Origin: a virus
Taxonomy: Duplodnaviria > Caudoviricetes
Strand: one strand, 5' to 3'
IMG/VR virus record: IMGVR_UViG_3300033388_005412
Span: 128,001-192,000 of that record
DNA: 64,000 bases
The translations under genes were made by a program, and so were the position numbers. Shown in pieces: positions 1 through 8,841 of the stretch. The notes under the pieces were generated by a model. It saw nothing but the letters and a program-made list of their open reading frames with translations. It did not search any database and was not told the DNA's origin. Each line of letters begins with the position of its first letter. Within the stretch, counting starts at the first letter, position 1.

Positions 1-175
1 CCCGGTTAATTGTGCTTTAATATCCGGAAATGGGTTTGCTATGTTTACAGCCGTACTAATTGGAAAGGGCAATCCTGGTCTATCTTCAGCCACTAATCAC
101 CTCTATTAATTTTTCTACAACTTAATTTTTTATCAATATATAAATTGTATAAAATATCTTTATTTATATTCATAA

Positions 176-673
176 TTATATTGTTGAAGCGTGTCTCATT
201 TTGTGCAAAGCAAGCGAAATGCCATCCGAACTCATGTGGTTTCTAGGCATGCCGCTCCGTTTTGCCCACGATATATAACCGGGTCCCGTCCCTGAAGACG
301 CAATCCGCCCAACTGGTTCGGATCTAAATGATTTCAAAAGCCCGCCTAACATATTAACACCCATGGTTAATGTTGTTAAACCAATTGCTGCCGTTTTCGG
401 ATTTCTTCCTATTATTCCGCCAATAGTTCTGAACGGTTTTGGAATATTAGACATAAAATTACGCATCCATTTCGTATCAACTTTTGATAATTTTTCCAAC
501 TGCATTGACCCTATACCTGAAAAATTTGAAACAAGTGAAACCCTTGCCGCAGTTGGCTGAATAGTTGGAATATCTGAAAAAGTTGGTATTTTAACAGACG
601 GCATTCCAACAAAATCCTGTCCTCCGAAAACAGATCTAAGAAAACTCCAATTTTTAGGAGGCCATGCTGGCAT
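176..673 (-). CDS. hypothetical protein, basic and Gly/Ser-rich, possibly virion-associated
   Basis: 165-aa ORF abutting the upstream ORF at 673; lies downstream of the TerS-like gene on the same strand; no recognisable motif. Confidence 0.6.
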   Translation of the reverse strand: MPAWPPKNWSFLRSVFGGQDFVGMPSVKIPTFSDIPTIQPTAARVSLVSNFSGIGSMQLEKLSKVDTKWMRNFMSNIPKPFRTIGGIIGRNPKTAAIGLTTLTMGVNMLGGLLKSFRSEPVGRIASSGTGPGYISWAKRSGMPRNHMSSDGISLALHKMRHASTI

Positions 674-1392
674 TATTCATACCCCCGTAATTTATTTCTA
701 CTACGACGACGCATAGCATTCGTAAGCGCCGATGTCATAACACCCGACGATAATGCCGGTAAACCAACAACGGCCATATTAGATGTCAATGTGGGACCTA
801 TTAATCTTTTACTTGCATGTGCCTGGTTTAAAAATTTAGTTGCCGTTCCAATAGCATTCGATGTTGCGCTTTCTAAATTAACACCGGATTTAATACTCAA
901 TCCCTGCTTATTTATCGCAGTTTTAAGCAAATCCGGAACAACATTTGTTGGAACCGCGGATGATCCACCTAATATATCACTGTACCCTCTAACAGCGTCC
1001 ATTGTTGCATCCAGTACCTTTTTGCGTTTTTGATTGGCGCCCCATCTTATATTCTGTTTTAACATCTTATAAAGAGGTTTTGTAACACCAGATGACAACT
1101 CAGCACTATACCATTCAGATCCCGTCGGGGCCTTTTTAATAGCGCCAAGAGTTTTCGCGAATGCACCTCTTGCGCCAAAGTACTCGGATGCCGCACGGGG
1201 AATATTAATCATAGCCTTCATAACACCAATTACCGGTATAAAACCGGTGCCCCACCCATACTTTTGAAATGAACTTTGAAGTATTCTTTGCCCAACTTTG
1301 CTGGCGCCCACTGTATATTTCAAAGCACTTTTTGCCATTGCCGAAACACCAACAGCCAAACTGCCACCGACTAATAATGCGCCAACACTCAT
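673..1392 (-). CDS. hypothetical protein, Ala/Gly/Lys-rich with hydrophobic N-terminus
   Basis: 239-aa ORF with a GGAG-type SD upstream; no family motif. Confidence 0.65.
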   Translation of the reverse strand: MSVGALLVGGSLAVGVSAMAKSALKYTVGASKVGQRILQSSFQKYGWGTGFIPVIGVMKAMINIPRAASEYFGARGAFAKTLGAIKKAPTGSEWYSAELSSGVTKPLYKMLKQNIRWGANQKRKKVLDATMDAVRGYSDILGGSSAVPTNVVPDLLKTAINKQGLSIKSGVNLESATSNAIGTATKFLNQAHASKRLIGPTLTSNMAVVGLPALSSGVMTSALTNAMRRRSRNKLRGYE

Positions 1393-1394
1393 TT

Positions 1395-1625
1395 TTAATA
1401 ATTCTCCTGATCCTGATTTATGTGCCGTTTACCGCCAAAATTATTAAGAAAAAAACCCAAACCCGCGGCAGATCCAAGAACAATACCGGTTTTGGCACCC
1501 CTTCTCTTTAAAAACTGACTCAATTTTATATTCTTTTCGCTCATTGTCTGCAGCATTCTGATAACACCCTTTGCGCCATTTATAGGATTATTCATTATCT
1601 TCTCCTTCATCGGTTTTATCGACAT
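1395..1625 (-). CDS. small hypothetical protein
   Basis: 76-aa ORF in the same operon; short hydrophobic segment GIVLGSAAGLGFFL. Confidence 0.5.
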   Translation of the reverse strand: MSIKPMKEKIMNNPINGAKGVIRMLQTMSEKNIKLSQFLKRRGAKTGIVLGSAAGLGFFLNNFGGKRHINQDQENY

Positions 1626-3291
1626 CTTTTATTTCGCCGTCCATAACAACATTAACATCATGCTGCTCCTTCAATTGTCTAGCGTGTTCTCTTAATTTTG
1701 CCGAATAAGTTGAAGCATCATCCTTCATAGACGTAAATAATTTGGTTTTAGATTCCCTGGTTGCGACCATGCTTTTTAATATTTTATCCCGGCGGGCCTG
1801 AACCTTTGTTTTAACACTTAATGCAATATGTTCTTCTTTCCTTATCAACGCCTCGCCGGTTTGCTCATTGATGCCAACAACATTTTCCATGATAAATCCT
1901 TCAGTTGCCAAATAGGCATTCGCCCGGGCATTCAATATATCAATCTCAACAAGCTCCATAACTAAAGCCCTTTCAATTTTATCATCCCAATCTGCTTTCA
2001 ACGATACGATATACTCATCCCGCCATTTTTCCATATAAAGCTGCTCAAACGGACAATTATGAGTTGCAATTCCACCAGCAACATAAGTTTTATGTTTATC
2101 AACATCCAGTGAATAAACTAAACCCTTATAGTTTTCCTTTTTTACTGAAACCTCGACCCATTTTGTTTTTTCATACGTACTCCCATAGCCATATTCGAAT
2201 TTACTTTTTTTATCCTCAAACGTCGGAACATCCATAACACCCGAAATAATATTACAAGCCCTTATAAACATAGGCCATTTAACATATGGGCCCATTTCAG
2301 GATCATTTGAAAATCTACCCTTTTTCCACATGGGATATTCAATTGAAAGACCCAAAGAATTTAGAAATAAATCATACACACCATCATCCTGCAATAAACT
2401 TTCATGATGTTTTCGCATTTGTTCTGGTGTTGCCCATTTATACACACCATCCCATTTAGAATCAACTTTTCGCAAAGAATCAATAAAAGAAAGCCTACTT
2501 GTTTGCGTCTTTAATGAATAATATTCCTCTGCTAAATATGCCTCAGTATTTGTATTATAAACACCCAAAATCCACAATTTATCAGCATCTTCAGAAACAG
2601 CCCGTGAAGCAAAATTCATGTGCAATTTATGCCCATGTGTGCTATTTTTTATTCTATGAATTAATTTAGTTTTTCCTATCCTCCAAAAACGACCTCTTTT
2701 CATTAAATAAACACAAAATTTGCCTATCGCGTTTTCATTAAATTTTGCTGCTGATATATGATCATAAGTTACTTTATGTGAATGATTATTTTTTGTTAAT
2801 AATGTAACAACACATCCATTAAATCCATGTGACGACATTGAAAAAGAATAACCCTTTTTTGCTCCTTGCCTACCTTGCACAAATACACCATGTTTTCTAT
2901 CCCACCCTATTAATCCGTGTTTAGACGGATTTAATTTTTCCACAGGAACATATCCATCCTGAATTGTGTATATTAATTCACCAGGGGGATGACAAAGATT
3001 TCCAAGGGGTGCTTTTTTCGCCGCTTGAAGAGGACATTGTGCCGCAATTGAACATGCGTCGCCCAAACACACCATGGGAACAGATTTAAAATCACCACTC
3101 CCATGGAACCCCAAATATCTACCAATGTTTTTAATATCATCAGGTGTTAATTTTAAAGCTTTAACATAGTCCTCATCGCAAAATTTAATTAAATTACTAA
3201 CATTCATATTTTTAATTTCACTAACCTGTATAACACCCGACGGACTAATCGTTTGCAATTCTTTTGATTTCTTGTCTGACATAATTATCAT
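1588..3291 (-). CDS. terminase small subunit-like protein (P27-like C-terminal half, Cys4 motif) interrupted by an intein
   Basis: After removing the intein the protein is 254 aa with C-x4-C-x5-CP...CP, followed by ARANAYLATEG...GEALIRKEEHIAL...LKSMVATRESK, which resembles the P27-family TerS pattern (RA..L..EG...K.HPA...L..TP.SR). Confidence 0.55.
   Translation of the reverse strand: MIIMSDKKSKELQTISPSGVIQVSEIKNMNVSNLIKFCDEDYVKALKLTPDDIKNIGRYLGFHGSGDFKSVPMVCLGDACSIAAQCPLQAAKKAPLGNLCHPPGELIYTIQDGYVPVEKLNPSKHGLIGWDRKHGVFVQGRQGAKKGYSFSMSSHGFNGCVVTLLTKNNHSHKVTYDHISAAKFNENAIGKFCVYLMKRGRFWRIGKTKLIHRIKNSTHGHKLHMNFASRAVSEDADKLWILGVYNTNTEAYLAEEYYSLKTQTSRLSFIDSLRKVDSKWDGVYKWATPEQMRKHHESLLQDDGVYDLFLNSLGLSIEYPMWKKGRFSNDPEMGPYVKWPMFIRACNIISGVMDVPTFEDKKSKFEYGYGSTYEKTKWVEVSVKKENYKGLVYSLDVDKHKTYVAGGIATHNCPFEQLYMEKWRDEYIVSLKADWDDKIERALVMELVEIDILNARANAYLATEGFIMENVVGINEQTGEALIRKEEHIALSVKTKVQARRDKILKSMVATRESKTKLFTSMKDDASTYSAKLREHARQLKEQHDVNVVMDGEIKDVDKTDEGEDNE
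2056..2994 (-). mobile_element. intein (313 aa) with a central GIY-YIG-like endonuclease domain
   Basis: N-terminal C1 (CHPPGELIYT...VEKL), block F/G end YKGLVYSLDVDKHKTYVAGGIATHN, +1 Cys; central VYLMKRGRFWRIGKT...EAYLAEEYY; no LAGLIDADG motif seen. Confidence 0.9.
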
Positions 3292-3730
3292 CCTCCAACT
3301 GTTTATAATTAAATCTCACAACACGCCATCCGTTTTCTTTTGCTATTGCTTCTTTTATTCTATCATTTCTTTTATATTCCTCAAATTTTTGCTTAGTTTT
3401 GTGCATCATTTTATTAAACTGAAAATGCTGCCTGCCATCATATTCAATAATCAATTTTTTTCCAGGTACAGCTATATCAAATCGTCTATATAACAAAAAA
3501 GGAAAAACTATTTCTTGAAAAACAGGCTCTTTAAAAACACACCCATTAACAACATCTCTAACTGTTCTAAACACCATTGTCTGACCTTCGGATACTTTTT
3601 TTCTAGGCTTCAACACAACCATATTATATTTTTTATAATAAATATATTTCTTCCTGTGCCTCTCACATAAAAACCCGGATTTTATTCCATCGGCGCAGAC
3701 CCAACACGTTCTGCATTCCTTTTGTTCCAT
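3245..3730 (-). CDS. DUF559/Vsr-like PD-(D/E)xK endonuclease with N-terminal Cys cluster
   Basis: RRFDIAVPGKKLIIEYDGRQH...D..K...A...GW.VVR motif. Confidence 0.75.
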   Translation of the reverse strand: MEQKECRTCWVCADGIKSGFLCERHRKKYIYYKKYNMVVLKPRKKVSEGQTMVFRTVRDVVNGCVFKEPVFQEIVFPFLLYRRFDIAVPGKKLIIEYDGRQHFQFNKMMHKTKQKFEEYKRNDRIKEAIAKENGWRVVRFNYKQLEDDNYVRQEIKRIAND

Positions 3731-4044
3731 TCGTCCACCATATCCTCTGCAAAATCCTTTACATTTTTAAACCACAAATTCCGTCCGATTCCGGTTTTGT
3801 TCTGAAACACATTTTCAATAAATCCCACATCACTATGCTCCATATCAAGATTATCAACAACAGCAATAGAGGGAACATATAAAACGCCTTTGCTTAGCCC
3901 TCTTTCATAACCAGACGGCTTATCAAGACTAATTAATTCAACATCATGACCATCACCTATTGTGTTTTTAATAACCTCGACCGTTTTTTTACACAACTCA
4001 ACACTCATCGTGTCATTAGCTTTTCCGTACACCTCGAATTTCAT
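3682..4044 (-). CDS. hypothetical protein, possible thioredoxin-like fold without CxxC
   Basis: beta-alpha-beta pattern and GVLYVPSIAV cis-Pro-like motif; weak. Confidence 0.35.
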   Translation of the reverse strand: MKFEVYGKANDTMSVELCKKTVEVIKNTIGDGHDVELISLDKPSGYERGLSKGVLYVPSIAVVDNLDMEHSDVGFIENVFQNKTGIGRNLWFKNVKDFAEDMVDEWNKRNAERVGSAPME

Positions 4045-4298
4045 ATGAAACTCCTCCTTTTCTTGCTCATAGGAACACTATCAATACCAAATTTATTAAT
4101 TAATTCTTCTTTTCTTTTTTGATGTTTTCTTCTCCGCACCTGTTCCCGATCTTTAATATGCCTCAAAGAACTTTCTTTCACATAAAATTGACGTTTCTTC
4201 ATTTCTTCTGCTAGATTAGCATTCAAACAAACACGGCGAAATCTATTAATAATAGACTCGATATTCTCGTTTCTTTTAACAATAACTTTAACACCCAC
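4041..4298 (-). CDS. rpsU: phage-encoded 30S ribosomal protein bS21
   Basis: KVIVKRNENIESIINRFRRVC...EMKKRQFYVKES..R matches the S21 signature (V.V..NE..E.ALRRFKR....E.RKRE.YEKPS); likely GTG start at 4298 after GAAGGAGG. Confidence 0.85.
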   Translation of the reverse strand: MGVKVIVKRNENIESIINRFRRVCLNANLAEEMKKRQFYVKESSLRHIKDREQVRRRKHQKRKEELINKFGIDSVPMSKKRRSFI

Positions 4299-4352
4299 GG
4301 CGCCTCCTTCTTTCAATATATATTATAATTTTTTAAGACATAATATCAATAA

Positions 4353-4673
4353 TTACGCAAATGACAATTGATCCTTATTTTGTTTATTTTCTATTTTCTG
4401 ATAACCTGGTTTGAAATACCATTTTTTCTTTTTCCATAAAAAAATAGTTCCCTTCTCGCGCCAATTATGTTTATCACAATCAATCACAAACCAAAAATAT
4501 GTATCTGTCGCCTGTTCAACAGTGAAATCAAGAACATCAATATCACAATCAGGTGTTTCACATATTTCATCAAACTCAATCATAATATCGTCAACATGAT
4601 CCTTTAGCCACTCAGCCGCCAAGGCCTTCTTAACAAAATGAATTGACTCCGGATCACCGAATTTTAATTTCAT
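4353..4673 (-). CDS. hypothetical protein
   Basis: 106-aa ORF with AGGAG SD. Confidence 0.55.
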   Translation of the reverse strand: MKLKFGDPESIHFVKKALAAEWLKDHVDDIMIEFDEICETPDCDIDVLDFTVEQATDTYFWFVIDCDKHNWREKGTIFLWKKKKWYFKPGYQKIENKQNKDQLSFA

Positions 4674-5009
4674 ATAAAATCTCCCTTTTTATTCCCGATG
4701 AGGTATAATTAAATCCTTTTACCCTCTTTTTCTTCTTTTTTTAACAACCTTTTTACCACATTTCACTAATTTATACCCGTTCGGTATTTTATATTCCACC
4801 CCGCCAATACGCTCACTATAATAATCCGGTAATTTCTCCATTTTACTAACCATTTCATTTATTGTCTTTTTTAAATCAGTAAAATCAACCACAAAATCAT
4901 CATATTTTTTATTTTGTTTCATCACCCCTCCTTTACACTTCCAGGGCGCTTAAGCCCGTTTGTGTCTTTTAATGCATCATACTCAGCCTGTTTTGCTTTC
5001 AATCGTTTT

Positions 5010-5579
5010 TCACGTTTCTTTTGTTTCATTCATCCTCCCATGTTTTTTACCAACACAATTAAAATTATCCGGTCTGAGATCCATAATAGTCTTAACCTCA
5101 TCAAACGAATACGGCGAAAATGGTGTGTGTGTTTTTAAATGCCATGTGTCAACACCAACATCAAATGATTTTCCCTGGCCATGAAGTTTGTTATGACTAT
5201 GGCCGAACAAATGCCATGTATTATAATGACTTTTCGGCCAGGTACGCATCGCATAATGACTTAACATAATTAATTGCCCATTTATATTGACTTCTTTCAT
5301 ATATGGCAAGTTTCCATATAATTTCATAATTCCCTTATCATGACTTCCGCGGATAAATATGATATCACCATTCAATCTTTCTATAACTTGTTTTATCCAT
5401 CCTGGCGCACCAAATGCAAAATCGCCAATATGGTACGTTGTTCCATCCACCGGCACCACTTTATTCCAATTATTGATCAACAATTCATTCATGTAATGAA
5501 CATTCTTAAATGGTCTATTACAAAAACGAATAATGTTGGTATGACCAAAATGATAATCAGCGGAAAAAAACACACTCAT
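5010..5579 (-). CDS. calcineurin-like metallophosphoesterase
   Basis: DYHFGH, HIGDF, GSHD, HLFGHSH motifs. Confidence 0.9.
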   Translation of the reverse strand: MSVFFSADYHFGHTNIIRFCNRPFKNVHYMNELLINNWNKVVPVDGTTYHIGDFAFGAPGWIKQVIERLNGDIIFIRGSHDKGIMKLYGNLPYMKEVNINGQLIMLSHYAMRTWPKSHYNTWHLFGHSHNKLHGQGKSFDVGVDTWHLKTHTPFSPYSFDEVKTIMDLRPDNFNCVGKKHGRMNETKET

Positions 5580-6586
5580 GCCTGCGCACCTGGAATTTTT
5601 TTTAATAATTCTGAACTAATAGTGCCCCGCAATTTTTCCATGACATTTTTTTCCAAAAACTGCATAACCATTTTCATATATAAAGCATTAACATCATTCA
5701 TATTATAAGTATGAGGCAGCTTTGTTTTTTTATACGCGTCTTCTATATCAGCCTCCAATGAGTCAGCATAATCAAGAACTTCTTTTAATTTCCATTTTCC
5801 CACTTTTATATCTTTAATCAAATCAGCATTCGGCAGTGGAAATTTTAATTCTTCATTTTTTAACAGCGTTACACCCTCGGCGAAGAGACGAATCAAATGT
5901 GAAGAAAATTTTGTATCATATCCATATTTTAAAACCAATTCCTTTCTATGCCCAACTTTATCTAATCTATCTTTAATATATTGTTTAACTTTTTTAATAT
6001 GTAAATTATCCTTAAAATTCAAATCACCTATAGCAACATTTGCGCCCTTAAAAACAATAAAGGGCAGTTTTTTATCTTTTAATTCTATAAGATATTTCAC
6101 ATCTCCGACATCACATAAATAATCATAAGCATTTTTTAATAAATTAAATTTGTCGGTTTTAATAATCATTTTATGTTTTTGCGCATGCGCATACCCGCAA
6201 AACCTATGATACAAACCTTTATGTAAAAACATATGCCGATTGTCCATTAAAAACTTACCAATATCATTTCTAAATAAAATATTCTCATCATTCACATACA
6301 TAAGCTCAAGAATATTTGGATTATTATTCATCAATAATCTTACATATTTTTCAAGAGAATACAAAACACAATCAACAGCATCCTTTGTGTTTTTGCCAGA
6401 ATCATCTTTACTTTTATCCGACAGATCAACTTGTTCAATTCTTTTAAGCCCCATTATATAATCAAGATCCGGAATAAAAATTCCCGAAAAATCTAAATCA
6501 GATGTTTCGGTATTTGTTCCATATAAATTAGATCCAACCCGAACCTTCAATATAATATTACGCAACGCCATTTCCTGTTCTTTCAT
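5576..6586 (-). CDS. RlaP-like Pol-beta superfamily nucleotidyltransferase
   Basis: GSNLYGTNTETSDLDFSG (GS...DxD), NPNILE, YDTKFSSHLIRL motifs. Confidence 0.8.
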   Translation of the reverse strand: MKEQEMALRNIILKVRVGSNLYGTNTETSDLDFSGIFIPDLDYIMGLKRIEQVDLSDKSKDDSGKNTKDAVDCVLYSLEKYVRLLMNNNPNILELMYVNDENILFRNDIGKFLMDNRHMFLHKGLYHRFCGYAHAQKHKMIIKTDKFNLLKNAYDYLCDVGDVKYLIELKDKKLPFIVFKGANVAIGDLNFKDNLHIKKVKQYIKDRLDKVGHRKELVLKYGYDTKFSSHLIRLFAEGVTLLKNEELKFPLPNADLIKDIKVGKWKLKEVLDYADSLEADIEDAYKKTKLPHTYNMNDVNALYMKMVMQFLEKNVMEKLRGTISSELLKKIPGAQA

Positions 6587-6746
6587 ACATCCTCCATACT
6601 TATCACCTTAACATCGGCCCTTCGCATGCACCACACGAATATAATCGTACATATTCAGCACACCCCTCGGTCTTTTAACGAAACTAGACCTACGCCTTTC
6701 TCGCCGACTTTTTAAATTTTATAAAACACCACACCAACATCAAAAC

Positions 6747-6832
6747 TGGAGCCGGCGAGAGGATTCGAACCCCCGAGGACTTACGTCACCGGTTTACAAA
6801 ACCGGTCCTATCAACCACTAAGGGACACCGGC
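6747..6832 (-). tRNA. tRNA-Thr(UGU) with a long variable arm; CCA encoded
   Basis: Acceptor GCCGGUG/CGCCGGC, anticodon arm CCGGU-UU[UGU]AA-ACCGG, 14-nt variable region with GAC-GUAA-GUC hairpin, T arm GGGGG-UUCGAAU-CCUCU, U73-CCA. Confidence 0.85.
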
Positions 6833-7227
6833 AATTTCTTTGCACGACCTCTTCCAAAATGAGCTGCCATGCATTTTCGATTACAATAAAAATCTTTTTG
6901 CCCAGCTTTTATTTTATTCTTAATTCTATTTGCTCTTTTATTCTTTAATTTTCCGCAAAATGTACACCGAATTGTTATCATAGCTGGCTTGGATGCATGC
7001 CCGCTCGCATGTCTTTTTCTATCAGTTAATTCTAAATTTTCTATACGATTATCATGTATATCTCCATTAATATGGTGAACAATTTCACTGCTTTTTAATA
7101 TTCTTCCTATCTTTTGAGACATAACCCATCGATGCTTTAAAATCGCACCATTTCTATTTGCCATAGGATTCCCAATCTTACCACAAACATAATCATAAAA
7201 TTTTTTTTTATTTTCCATTTTATTCAA
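6811..7227 (-). CDS. HNH homing endonuclease inside the tRNA cluster
   Basis: HRWVM..KIGR.L...[18 protein letters not shown] motif plus a C-terminal Cys cluster; its last 22 nt overlap the 5' end of tRNA-Thr. Confidence 0.85.
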   Translation of the reverse strand: MNKMENKKKFYDYVCGKIGNPMANRNGAILKHRWVMSQKIGRILKSSEIVHHINGDIHDNRIENLELTDRKRHASGHASKPAMITIRCTFCGKLKNKRANRIKNKIKAGQKDFYCNRKCMAAHFGRGRAKKLPVSLSG

Positions 7228-7240
7228 ATATTCCTAAACA

Positions 7241-7270
7241 TCTTTACTCTACCAACTGAGCCACACCCTG
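7241..7270 (-). pseudogene. orphan 5' fragment of a tRNA gene
   Basis: CAGGGTG-TG-GCTC-AGTTGGTA-GAGT is an acceptor 5' strand plus a complete D arm; the sequence then breaks just upstream of the HNH start. Confidence 0.6.
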
Positions 7271-7279
7271 TTTTTTTTT

Positions 7280-7353
7280 TCGAGCGGGCAGGATTTGAAC
7301 CTGCGACCTTCGGGTTATGGGCCCGCGAAGCTACCAAACTGCTCTACCGCTCT
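7280..7353 (-). tRNA. initiator tRNA-fMet(CAU); CCA not encoded
   Basis: A1xG72 mismatch, GGG/CCC in the anticodon stem, CAU anticodon, T arm GCAGG-UUCAAAU-CCUGC; C at position 33. Confidence 0.85.
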
Positions 7354-7360
7354 TCATATA

Positions 7361-7438
7361 TGGTACCGATGGTGGGATTCGAACACACACCTGTCAGCAT
7401 TTTAAGTGCTGTGACTCTACCAATTGGTCTACACCGGC
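7361..7438 (-). tRNA. tRNA-Leu(UAA) with a short variable region; CCA encoded
   Basis: GCCGGUG/CAUCGGU acceptor, CAGCA-CU[UAA]AA-UGCUG, 6-nt variable region, A73-CCA. Confidence 0.85.
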
Positions 7439-7493
7439 ATATTCTATATTATTTTTATTTCACCCATATTATCAACTTAAGACATCAACACTA

Positions 7494-7694
7494 TCAGCAC
7501 CATCTGGTCAATGACCTTTTTTTATTCATAATATGATATTTAGCTTTATCTAAATCCTGCTGCTTAATATACCAGCATCCTTTGTGTTTATATCCCGGAA
7601 CTTTACCGTCATGCACAAGAGCACGAACATACTTCGGGTTTTTTTCACCATACATCTTAGCAACCATTGCAATTGTATACCCAGTGTAATCCAT
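7494..7694 (-). CDS. small helix-turn-helix DNA-binding protein (excisionase/HTH_17-like)
   Basis: YTIAMVAKMYG....YVRALVHDGKVPGYK...WYI pattern. Confidence 0.6.
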   Translation of the reverse strand: MDYTGYTIAMVAKMYGEKNPKYVRALVHDGKVPGYKHKGCWYIKQQDLDKAKYHIMNKKRSLTRWC

Positions 7695-7704
7695 TTTTCC
7701 TCCT

Positions 7705-7917
7705 TTAGTTTTTTTTCTTTTTTAGTTTTTTACGATATTTATCAACTAAATTATTATATTCATCGATAAACTCTTTTTTTAATAAAATACCTTTCGATAG
7801 ACATGACTCACAAAACATGCCCTCAATAAATCGAAAAGAATCAGTCATCGGCGTTGAACCTACTGAATAACAACCCTTAATTTCATCACCACACCCATCA
7901 CAAAAATACTTAATCAT
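7705..7917 (-). CDS. hypothetical zinc-ribbon protein
   Basis: CDGC...CESC. Confidence 0.55.
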   Translation of the reverse strand: MIKYFCDGCGDEIKGCYSVGSTPMTDSFRFIEGMFCESCLSKGILLKKEFIDEYNNLVDKYRKKLKKKKN

Positions 7918-8076
7918 TTTTCCTCCTTTAGTTTTTCAACATATGATATTTCCATATTATCATAAGAATACTCTTCTTTTATTATTTTTTCAACTTTCTT
8001 TTTTGCCTCTTTTTTGTTCCTGGCTGTGACAGTGAACTCGTCATAATCACGCACTTCACAACCAACTACATATTCG

Positions 8077-8592
8077 TTAAGTTTTTTCATTTTTCAACAC
8101 CTCCAAACTCATTCTACATAAGGTAGAACTCTGATTTTTGACCATAAGAATAATATCCTTAAAACTTAATCTTGGCACATTAAATGCCTTTGCTTTTTTA
8201 GTAACTATTATATTACAACACCACCAATTTATATTTGTTATATCAATATCACACCGTGCACTAAACAATCCAAAATTACTATCTTTTAATTCATCTTTGA
8301 CAACATCAGAAATATCATCCGGTACACAATAATAAAATTTATAAGGCATTATCTCTGGGTATTTTTCTCTATATTTCCAAATTTTTTTATTCTTGTCATT
8401 TCTAAAATCAGCCAAAGAAGTCTTAATTTCTATTTCAATTAAATGTCTTCTATCATCAACAACTAAAACATCAGGACGATATCTATATTTATATTTACCA
8501 ATTCCTTGTTCACATACTACAATAGGGTACTGTTTTTCATACCTGAAATAACACATAACTGCTGATCGTAATATTTTATTTTTCCTATTCAT
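8077..8592 (-). CDS. MmcB-like PD-(D/E)xK nuclease
   Basis: RPDVL...IEIEIKTSLADFRND...YYCVP motif. Confidence 0.7.
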   Translation of the reverse strand: MNRKNKILRSAVMCYFRYEKQYPIVVCEQGIGKYKYRYRPDVLVVDDRRHLIEIEIKTSLADFRNDKNKKIWKYREKYPEIMPYKFYYCVPDDISDVVKDELKDSNFGLFSARCDIDITNINWWCCNIIVTKKAKAFNVPRLSFKDIILMVKNQSSTLCRMSLEVLKNEKT

Positions 8593-8595
8593 TTA

Positions 8596-8841
8596 TCAGT
8601 CCCATTCATATATTGTTTTTTCCCTATTCTCCAAACAACATTTAATAGCAAGCAGTATATCGCAGCCATAAACTAACACATCGCCGGTTTTTTCATCAAC
8701 CGCACACGTATTAACACCAAATTTTTTCCAAAATTTTTTATGATGTATTTTCAACGGCCTTATGATATCCAATACTTCTTTATTGGTATATCCTAATTTA
8801 TTCCTCGACTTCGGTAATTTGATTTCACGCATTTTTAACAA
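8596..8841 (-). CDS. hypothetical protein
   Basis: 81-aa ORF coupled to the upstream gene, GGAGG SD. Confidence 0.55.
   Translation of the reverse strand: MLKMREIKLPKSRNKLGYTNKEVLDIIRPLKIHHKKFWKKFGVNTCAVDEKTGDVLVYGCDILLAIKCCLENREKTIYEWD

Noticed and set aside
6747-6832. tRNA-Tyr(GUA) call suggested by the long variable arm and the TGTAAA string
   Set aside because: The only 5-bp stem with a 7-nt loop centres on UGU, and C2-G71/U73 fit Thr rather than Tyr.
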